DNA of 64,000 bases, taken from NCBI GenBank assembly GCA_963749655.1, contig CAVVOB010000021.1, positions 1 to 64,000 on the forward strand, given 5' to 3'. Positions 56,551 to 64,000 of this stretch are shown here, piece by piece. This stretch comes from Nitrospirota bacterium (GTDB lineage Bacteria; Nitrospirota; UBA9217). The notes under the pieces are model-generated. The model had not been told where the DNA came from. It did no database searches and saw only the letters and a list, made by a program, of their open reading frames with translations. The position numbers were made by a program, and so were the translations under genes. The stretch's first letter is position 1. Each line of letters starts with the position of its first letter.

Positions 56551-57417
56551 TGTTGTGACCCCTGTGCCGGGCGCGATCCCACCCCTTTGTGCTCATAGAA
56601 CAGATCGCGCTTTCGGCACTTCCATGCGTCATCCTGTCAAAGGGAACCCCAAGTCCAGTCCAAAGCTTCCTACGCGATCCCGTAGGACTTATACAGATAG
56701 CTAGAAAAAGTGGCCTCTGAAAACGGTATTAGCAAAAGAGCGCCCTCGGGAGCCTGAGGATATCGCTCGTGTGCAATGTGTTGCGTAATTACAAATTCAA
56801 AATTATGACGGCTTGCTACTTGCCCATTGCCACTGGACCCTTGCGTTATTGATTCCGCACTCCGCAATTAGTTTTTTCTCTCCCTTTCTTCATTATACAC
56901 GGCACTGCAGGTGATGCGCCAATCCCCACCACTCCCGAACCTGTCTCCAGCTTGCCAGTACCACAGTTTAAAACAGTCATTTCGAGCAGTGATAACGGCA
57001 TTTCCTTATCTCCGAGCGACTGCCTGTTTTTTATCAGGATGATTACAAACAGAATCAACGATGTCGACCTTTGATTTCGCCCTATGAAGGAGTGACGAAT
57101 ATCGCTGCGGAAGGGATCGGGGCTGCAAATGACCATACGGAGACAGAGGGAGCATCTTGTCTGACATCAAGTCGATAAACCGGCCAGATGTAGAGTCAGA
57201 AGACATATGCTTTATCCTGAATGCGCTCTAAAAGCGGCGGTCTAAATGCACCGCAATGAAAATGACAGGGAGATGCTGCAAATCAACACCGACCAAGAAA
57301 GACAGAAAAACAAAGCAGGTTTTTTCAACGCAGGATCGCTCTCTTCGTTTAAAATCTTGAGTTTTTTGTGTGCATCTCCGGGAGGCGATCGAGGGAAGGA
57401 ATGGTTAAACCCGGCGG

Positions 57418-58287
57418 CTACTTTCCCATCTTGGCGAGCCTACCTTTGGCGATTTCAGCTTCGTTCGTTCCCGGATGCTCCTTGATCACCTTGTGAAAAT
57501 ACTCTTTTGCTTTGGCTGAGTTCTTTTCGCCCAGGTAGGAAAGTCCTATTTTAAGCTTGGCTCCTGCGACCTTGTCGCTCCGGGGATAGGTCTTGATGAC
57601 TTTGCTGAAAGCGTCGACGGCTTTTTTGAAATCATTCTTGGAATAATAACATTCTCCGATCCAGTACTGCGCCATGGCCGCCTGGCTGGCTTCGGGGAAC
57701 TGAGTGATATAATTCTGGAACCCTGCGAGCGCAAGATCGAAGTTGCCCGCGTCGTAATCACTCTTCGCCTGGCGATAGGCGTCTGAGGGTTCGATGGTTT
57801 TGGGAGGCGCTTGTTTCTCGAAAGCCGCCGATCCGGTCTGTCCCGAGACTGCGCCCGCTGCAGCGCCGGCCTGCTTCAGTTTCTGCTCGAGTGCTTCGAC
57901 CCGCGCGGTGAGCTCGACAACCTTGACCCCGCGGTCGTCGACCTTCTGCGCAAGCTCGGCGATCCGATAGTTATTCTCTTCGAGCTTGCCTTGGAGCAGC
58001 TGGATATCGGTCAGCAGCTGGTCGGATTTTGCCCCGTAGTCCGCCATGACCTTCTGCACATCGACCGTTCCCTTGAGGTTCGCGTCGAGGCTGTCGACAT
58101 GCTTCTGGAGCGCCTGCACGTCCTTGTCCAGGCGCTTCTGAATATCCTGGACTCGCTGTTTCGTCGTATTCACGTCGTCGCGCAGGCCGGTCATGTCAGA
58201 TCTCGTCTTGACCAACTCGGCCTGCGGCGCGCATGCCGAGACCAGAAACAGGACAGCGAAAACAGCAATTGAGCGGCTGATCGTCAT
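57418..58287 (-). CDS. cpoB: Tol-Pal system protein YbgF/CpoB
   Basis: Lipobox VSAC, coiled coil, TPRs (AQYWIGECYY, AKLKIGLSY); follows pal. Confidence 0.9.
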   Translation of the reverse strand: MTISRSIAVFAVLFLVSACAPQAELVKTRSDMTGLRDDVNTTKQRVQDIQKRLDKDVQALQKHVDSLDANLKGTVDVQKVMADYGAKSDQLLTDIQLLQGKLEENNYRIAELAQKVDDRGVKVVELTARVEALEQKLKQAGAAAGAVSGQTGSAAFEKQAPPKTIEPSDAYRQAKSDYDAGNFDLALAGFQNYITQFPEASQAAMAQYWIGECYYSKNDFKKAVDAFSKVIKTYPRSDKVAGAKLKIGLSYLGEKNSAKAKEYFHKVIKEHPGTNEAEIAKGRLAKMGK

Positions 58288-58382
58288 GGGGACCTTTCGC
58301 GCAGAGGGAAGATAAAAAGCTGCCGGAACGGGATTACGGGGACCGTAGGAGCACGGCCCGCTTTTCCCGCTCCGGACGTCGG

Positions 58383-58934
58383 CTACTCGGCAGCAACGAA
58401 ATCGTTACGCCGGTTCTTCTGCCAGCAATCCTCCGTGCCTTGTGTGCAGACGGGCTTTTCCTTGCCGTAGCTGATGAGCGAAATACGCTTGCCCGATATG
58501 CCCAGGTCGGTGAGGTACTTCTTGGCGCTCGCTGCGCGACGCTGGCCGAGGGCCTGGTTGTACTCTATCGTGCCGCGTTCGTCACAGTTTCCCTCGATCT
58601 TGACCTTGGCCTTGGGATTGGCCTTGAGCCAGTCGGCATTCGCCTTCATGACCGCCTTGGCATCGTCGCGGACAAAGGATTTGTCGAAATCGAAATAAAT
58701 CGGCTGCAGGCCTGCCTGGGCGGCCGGGGCCTGTTCCTTCACCTCTTCAGCGGGCTTGGCCGCTTCCGGCGCAGGCGCTGCCGGCTGCTCGGCTTTCGGT
58801 TCTTCCTTCGCAGGCGCGGTCTCGGCGGGCGTCTCGGGAGCGGTGGTCACTTCAGCCTTCTTGGGACATCCCCAGAGAACAAAGACACTTAACAATAAAA
58901 TGATCGGAACATTCATACGAAAGATGCGTTTCAT
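58383..58934 (-). CDS. pal: Peptidoglycan-associated lipoprotein
   Basis: Lipobox LWGC, IYFDFDKS, IEGNCDERGT.EYNQALGQRRA, SYGKEKP, NRR. Confidence 0.95.
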   Translation of the reverse strand: MKRIFRMNVPIILLLSVFVLWGCPKKAEVTTAPETPAETAPAKEEPKAEQPAAPAPEAAKPAEEVKEQAPAAQAGLQPIYFDFDKSFVRDDAKAVMKANADWLKANPKAKVKIEGNCDERGTIEYNQALGQRRAASAKKYLTDLGISGKRISLISYGKEKPVCTQGTEDCWQKNRRNDFVAAE

Positions 58935-59140
58935 GAGCTCCTCCTCTGTGATTCCATCATTTTTTCATCCGCAAAAATACGCACATGAGCATGCTTATTC
59001 CCGTCTTTAAAATATCATAGGCCTCCTCCCTTGTCAACCTTTGTCAACGGGAAACAGGGCCGCATCTGTTCGCTTTCGTTGATGCATACCTGCGATACAA
59101 AAAAGCAGCGGTCAGTAAAAGCAGCGTCAGCTTTTGAACT

Positions 59141-59649
59141 CTACCATCGATTTTCATGCACCCGCGAGGCATCAAATCGGTCAGTCGCAGTCCTGGTTTC
59201 CTCGGGAAAACCCAGCGGGACTAGGGAAAAGGGAACAACGGTTTCCGGCAGCAAAAAAGCTTGCGAAAGTTCGCGACACGGTCATCGGTCGGGTAGACAC
59301 CGCACCACACCGCGCCCAGGCCCTTTGCATGGGCCGCGAGCAGCATGTTCTCCGTTGCCGCCGCACAATCGAGCACCCAGTGACCGGCGTAACGTTCCAG
59401 GGCCGTATCGCCGCAGACGAGAATGGCGACCCGGGCATGCTTCAGCATCGCCGAGTAGGGATGGAATTCCATAATCTTGCCGAAGATCGCGGGATCGGAA
59501 AGGACAATGAAATGCCACGGCCGCTCATTGCCCGCTGACGGCGCGCTCATCGCGGCTTTCAGGACGTCGTTGACGGCGTCAGGGGACACCTGCTTTGCCG
59601 CGTAGAGCCGTATGCTGCGTCGCGTAAATATCGCCTCGAGTGCGTCCAT
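59141..59649 (-). CDS. Nitroreductase family flavoprotein (indel in the A run near 59255)
   Basis: RRSIR, APSAGNERPWHF, DCAAATENMLLAAHAKGLGAVW; C-terminus LPETVVPFSLVPLGFP..RVHENRW in another frame. Confidence 0.88.
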
Positions 59650-59780
59650 GGTGCACCTTCCTTTCAAGAGCTGCTGTCAGCGGCCAGCCGTCAGCTTTCA
59701 GCTTGAACCAAGAAGAGACAAAACTCCTGATTTTTTACTGCTTGCATCGATCTATGCTTTGACACAAGCTGACCGCTGCT

Positions 59781-60845
59781 TTACCCCATGAAACACTGCG
59801 GGTCGTCGGCAAGAAAGTCCTCTCCGCCTTGAGCGCGGGAATAGGCATAAGCGATCGCCCTGCAGCCCCTGCAGAGCGCCCAGCGGCTGCAGCTCCCGCA
59901 TTTCCCCGTGTATCTCTTCCGGTCCCTGAGCGCCTCGAGCACGGGAGAGGCGGCCCAGACCTCCCGCAGGGAATCGCGCCTGACATTGCCGAGCGAAAGG
60001 GGAAGCCGTCTGCAGGGCAGCACGTTGCCGTTCGGTTGAATGGTCAGCCCCGACACACCGGCTGCGCAGCCGCTTACCGCCGTCGCGCCCGCGTCTCCGT
60101 TCGCGGCGATCTTCATCTGCGCCGCGACGGGATCGCCGGTAGTAATATCGAGGTTGACGATCTCCAGGGACAGGAGCGACTGGTACAGCTCCCGGAGCGG
60201 CTCACGGTCGAGCATGCAGGACATCAGCGTCCGTCCCTTTCCCGAGGGAACCAGGCGGGAGAACCCGATGCGCTGCACGCCGGCATGGGAGCCGAAGGCC
60301 ACGACTTTTTTCGCCTGGTCCGCGTTCAGGCTCGAGAGTGTGATATTGAGGGTCACGGCGAGGCCCGCGTCGACGAGCCGCTCGATCCCCGCTGCGGCAG
60401 CGGAAAAGCTTCCCCCACCACGGATGGAGTCGTGAACATCTTCCGGACCTTCGATACTCACCTGCACGCCCTTGACGCCGAGGTCCGCGAGCTTCCGGGC
60501 GCGCACCTGGTCCACGAGCGTCCCGTTGGTCAGGAGGAACACGTCGAATCCGGTGTTTTTGATCTCCGCGAGAATGTCGAACAGATCGTGCCGCAGGAAC
60601 GGCTCTCCTCCCGTTACATTTATGCTTCGGGTAAAAGCCATATCGTAGGTCTCGGACCATGCATCGACCAGGTCCGCGGCCTCATGCAGGGCTTTCCGGA
60701 TTTCCGAAAGGGACATCTCGTCGATGCCGCGCTCGCCCTGGTAGCAGTGCCGGCACCAGAGGTTGCAGCGTTCGGTGAGATGCCACTGAAAAAAGAAATC
60801 AAAGGGCTTGTGGTCTGGCTGACCGTTATGACGGTTAGTAAGCAT
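59781..60845 (-). CDS. Radical SAM/SPASM domain protein (putative peptide maturase)
   Basis: QWHLTERCNLWCRHC (CxxxCxxC), TGGEPF, SPASM GCAAG..GNVLPC..CGSC..CRGCRA..DPQC. Confidence 0.93.
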   Translation of the reverse strand: MLTNRHNGQPDHKPFDFFFQWHLTERCNLWCRHCYQGERGIDEMSLSEIRKALHEAADLVDAWSETYDMAFTRSINVTGGEPFLRHDLFDILAEIKNTGFDVFLLTNGTLVDQVRARKLADLGVKGVQVSIEGPEDVHDSIRGGGSFSAAAAGIERLVDAGLAVTLNITLSSLNADQAKKVVAFGSHAGVQRIGFSRLVPSGKGRTLMSCMLDREPLRELYQSLLSLEIVNLDITTGDPVAAQMKIAANGDAGATAVSGCAAGVSGLTIQPNGNVLPCRRLPLSLGNVRRDSLREVWAASPVLEALRDRKRYTGKCGSCSRWALCRGCRAIAYAYSRAQGGEDFLADDPQCFMG

Positions 60846-60877
60846 GATTGATGGCAGTTAATGCGATTCCGGAAAAG

Positions 60878-61093
60878 TTACGACGGCACAGGCCGGAGCG
60901 CCCTGCATAGGAAGCAGGCGTCCTCACCCGGTCTGGCCGCCGGGCTCGTTTGTGTTGCTGACCAGCAACATCAGGTCTTTCAGCCTTTTCATTTGTGACA
61001 AAACAGGCCGGGGCTCGATTTGGCCCGCTCTTTCAGGGCCTTCCAATATGCGGCTTCCTTGAGAAGGACCTCCCTGCTCACATTCTTCTTCAT
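60878..61093 (-). CDS. Putative selenocysteine-containing RiPP precursor peptide (34, 37, 40 or 71 aa depending on UGA decoding)
   Basis: SD GGGAGGTGA 7 nt before ATG 61093; MKKNVSREVLLKEAAYWKALKERAKSSPGLFCHK-UGA-KG-UGA-KT-UGA-CCW...; first non-UGA stop is TAA 60878-60880. Confidence 0.7.
60953..60970 (-). promoter_or_regulatory. Putative SECIS hairpin for the peptide UGAs
   Basis: TGTTGCT-GGTC-AGCAACA; loop starts 26 nt after UGA1 and 17 nt after UGA2. Confidence 0.65.
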
Positions 61094-61192
61094 CCGGTTC
61101 TCACCTCCCTTCGCTCCGCATAAAATAAAGCATAGCATATTCCGGCAGTGCCGGACGACAGTCGCAGATACTCACCGCGCAGGACTTGATTC

Positions 61193-61954
61193 TCAGGGAT
61201 GGGCGACAGGCCGTCGTGTAAGCAGAGCTGCGGCTTCGCGATCGATCATCCACGTGACCGTGCCGCGCTCCGGCTTTACGAGCCCGGCAGGACAGCGTTT
61301 CGGATTGCCGTCTTCGAGGATCTCGTGCAGCACAGCCGCCTTTGCGCTGCCCGAGAGGAGGTACAGGACCTTTGCCGCATGGTTCAGGACCGGGAGCGTC
61401 AATGACACACGGTTCAGGTCCGGCGGTTCACGGAAGACGGGAACGGCAAGCCGCGTTCGTTCGCGCAGTGCCGGCGATCCGGGAAACAGGGACGCTGTAT
61501 GACCGTCTGCGCCAGCGCCGAGAAGGACGAGATCGAACACGGGGTAGCTTCCCTTGCCGAAATAGGAAGACAGGGACACCTCGTACTCCCGGGCCGCTGC
61601 TTCCGGGTCCGCTTCTCCGCGGATCCGGTGTATGTTTCCTTCCGGGATCATGACCTCGTCGAGCAGCGTTCTCTTCAGCATCCCGAAATTGCTGTTCCGG
61701 TCGCCAGGGGGCACGCACCGCTCATCGGTCCAAAAAAGGTGAAGCGAGGACCAGTCGATGCGTGCGCGGTAGGGGTCCGCAGCAAGGATGCTGAAAAGCC
61801 GTTTCGGCGTCGTTCCGCCGGACAGCGCAACGGCGACTCCACGCGCTGGTTTGTCCTTCTGCTCCGAGCAGGAAACGACAACATCGGCAGCCGCGCTGCT
61901 CAGGTCCTCGATGCTGTCGTAGACGCGCACCGCGGGATGTTCATCCTTCCTCAC
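61193..61954 (-). CDS. pgl: 6-phosphogluconolactonase
   Basis: [32 protein letters not shown]. Confidence 0.95.
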   Translation of the reverse strand: MRKDEHPAVRVYDSIEDLSSAAADVVVSCSEQKDKPARGVAVALSGGTTPKRLFSILAADPYRARIDWSSLHLFWTDERCVPPGDRNSNFGMLKRTLLDEVMIPEGNIHRIRGEADPEAAAREYEVSLSSYFGKGSYPVFDLVLLGAGADGHTASLFPGSPALRERTRLAVPVFREPPDLNRVSLTLPVLNHAAKVLYLLSGSAKAAVLHEILEDGNPKRCPAGLVKPERGTVTWMIDREAAALLTRRPVAHP

Positions 61955-63525
61955 AGCTGTCTCCAGGACCGGCCGTCCCGCCCGATCAGCTGCTGCGCAA
62001 CCGAAGGCCCGGCAGTGCCGGCGGCATAACGGGGAATGGTTGCTGCCGTGAGCGAGGCATCGAGTTTCTCGATCGCCGGCGAGAGGATCGCCCAGGACCG
62101 CTCCACATCATCCTCGCGGGTGAAGAGCATATGGTCGCCCTGCATGCAGTCCAGGAGCACCCATTCGTAGGCATCGAGCTCCACGTCCCGCGGATAGGAG
62201 TAGTCCATTACCACGGGAGCCAGGCAGACCTTCGTACCCGGCAGCTTTGCCTGGAAAATGAGGCTCATTCCGTCGTCGGGCTGCACCCTGAGCACTAGGA
62301 CGTTGGGCTCGATGGGTCCCTCTACCGTAGGAGGAAAGAGGAAGTGCGGGACCTGGCGGTAGTGGATCGAGATCTCGGTTATGCGACGGGGAAGCCGCTT
62401 GCCCGAACGAAGATAAAAGGGCACGCCGTTCCAGCGCCAGTTGTCGATCAATATTTTCATGGCCGCGAACGTGGGGGTCTTTGATTGGGACGATACACCC
62501 TGCTCCTCGCGGTAGCCCGGCACGGACGCGCCCTGGATGGCACCGCGGTCGTACTGGCCCACGGCGATGAATTCGTCCAGCTTGTCCGCGGGGAAGGGGC
62601 GGATGGAGCGGAACACCTTGATCTTTTCATCCCGCACCCGGTCCGCCTCGAAACCTGCCGGCGGCTCCATGGCCGTGAGCGCGAGCAGCTGAAACATGTG
62701 GTTCTGGAACATGTCGCGGATCACACCGGCATCCTCGTAGTAGCCGGCGCGGTGCTCGATGCCGAGGGTCTCGGCGGCTGTGATCTGCACGTGGTCGATG
62801 TAGCGCCTGTTCCAGAGGGGCTCGAAGATCGAGTTTGCGAAGCGGAACATCAGGATGTTCTGGACCGTTTCCTTCGCAAGATAATGATCGATGCGGTAGA
62901 TCTGACTTTCCTTGTAGTAGGTATGCATGAGCGCATTCAGCTTACGGGCCGATGCGAGATCGCTGCCGAAGGGCTTTTCCACGACCACCTGGCTCCGGCC
63001 TTTTTCCTCGCTTGCCAGTCCTGTGGCGCCGAGATTGTGGATCACATCCTCGAATACCGTGGGCGGGATGGCGAGGTAGAAGAGGCGGTTTCCGCCGGTC
63101 TGATGCTTCTTCTCCAGCTCCGGGAGCCGGTCCCGGAGGTCCCGAACATAGGAATTCCGGTTGCCGTAGTCGAAGGTGGAGTAGTACAGCTGGGGGGCGA
63201 AAGCGTCCCAGGCCTTGGGGTCGAAGTCACGCGGCAGGGCGATCTTCACCGCCTCCTCCATGGCGGTCCGAAACTGCTCCGGGGTCATCTCGATCCGGCT
63301 CGTGCCAAGGATGAAGAAGTGTCCGGGCAGGATACGGTTCTTGAAGAGCCGGTACAGGGAGGGAAGGAGCTTTCTTTTCGTGAGGTCCCCCGATGCGCCG
63401 AAAATGACGATGCCCGCAGAACGCGGAATCTCCATGTCGCAGTTCCCGATGGTCCGGTACTCAGGCTCTTCCGGGGAGCTCCGCTCCAGCACCGCTTCAC
63501 CGCCTTGTTTATCATGCTGCTCCAT
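61951..63525 (-). CDS. zwf: Glucose-6-phosphate dehydrogenase
   Basis: [35 protein letters not shown]. Confidence 0.97.
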   Translation of the reverse strand: MEQHDKQGGEAVLERSSPEEPEYRTIGNCDMEIPRSAGIVIFGASGDLTKRKLLPSLYRLFKNRILPGHFFILGTSRIEMTPEQFRTAMEEAVKIALPRDFDPKAWDAFAPQLYYSTFDYGNRNSYVRDLRDRLPELEKKHQTGGNRLFYLAIPPTVFEDVIHNLGATGLASEEKGRSQVVVEKPFGSDLASARKLNALMHTYYKESQIYRIDHYLAKETVQNILMFRFANSIFEPLWNRRYIDHVQITAAETLGIEHRAGYYEDAGVIRDMFQNHMFQLLALTAMEPPAGFEADRVRDEKIKVFRSIRPFPADKLDEFIAVGQYDRGAIQGASVPGYREEQGVSSQSKTPTFAAMKILIDNWRWNGVPFYLRSGKRLPRRITEISIHYRQVPHFLFPPTVEGPIEPNVLVLRVQPDDGMSLIFQAKLPGTKVCLAPVVMDYSYPRDVELDAYEWVLLDCMQGDHMLFTREDDVERSWAILSPAIEKLDASLTAATIPRYAAGTAGPSVAQQLIGRDGRSWRQL

Positions 63526-64000
63526 AGACCCTCGCTTTCGGCTCGCTGATCAGGGCATTCCAGTCCGCGGAGAATTTCTCCATGCCCTTCTTCGTGAGCT
63601 CATGGTGAATATCGTAGTCTTGCCAGGGTTTGCCGAGGTCGATATGCCGGTACGCGATCGGCCTGAGGCCCCTGCTCTCGTAGTGGTAATCTTCACGGGG
63701 AACCGGCATGCCGGCCTCGCTCCATGTTTTCAGGACCTCATAGGGTGCGGTAATGATGTCCGACCCCAGCCTGAGGGCATAGAGCATATGGTCGAGGCTG
63801 CGCACGCTCGCGGTAAGGACCTCGACGTGCCCGTCTCCGGCCGCGTACATCTCGAGAATATGGGCGATCAGGTCCATGCCCTCTTCTCCCCGATCATCGA
63901 GCCTGCCGACAAAGGGAGAAACGTAGACCTGGCCTTTTCGCGCGCCCCGCGTTGCTGCATACACTGCAGCGGCCTGCTCCTGGGAGAAACAGAGCGTCAG
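63512..64000 (-). CDS. tal: Transaldolase family protein (3' part; cut by the window edge)
   Basis: [25 protein letters not shown]; upstream of zwf. Confidence 0.8.
   Translation of the reverse strand: MTLCFSQEQAAAVYAATRGARKGQVYVSPFVGRLDDRGEEGMDLIAHILEMYAAGDGHVEVLTASVRSLDHMLYALRLGSDIITAPYEVLKTWSEAGMPVPREDYHYESRGLRPIAYRHIDLGKPWQDYDIHHELTKKGMEKFSADWNALISEPKARVYGAA

Overview
A GC-rich chromosomal window from a Gram-negative, probably anaerobic bacterium. Gene content suggests Nitrospirota or Desulfobacterota (inference only). Housekeeping content: tilS-hpt-ftsH-folP-cdaA-cdaR-glmM-comEC, purA, serA, nrdJ with tandem NrdR boxes, scpA/scpB, cusCBA-like efflux, galE, pal-cpoB, tal-zwf-pgl and three tRNAs. 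The ORF track misses a selenocysteine layer. Four proteins have an in-frame UGA followed by a SECIS-like hairpin with a G-U-led loop: SelD, a DsrE-like protein, a small thioredoxin-like NDPxGxxU protein and a DUF1573 protein. The first three lie in an ArsR/TusA/DsrEFH/SQR/SelD/TSUP sulfur-selenium cluster. The top candidate for an undescribed system is at 59.1-61.1 kb: an unannotated short peptide gene with a strong SD and three UGA codons spaced every third codon (C-H-K-U-K-G-U-K-T-U). It is followed by SECIS-like hairpins and lies directly upstream of a radical SAM/SPASM enzyme and a nitroreductase, making it a putative poly-selenocysteine RiPP locus. Many intergenic gaps hold degenerate heptamer-repeat hairpins. 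Dense single-base frameshifts at 40.8-52.8 kb are most likely sequencing errors. All calls come from reading the sequence; no searches were run.
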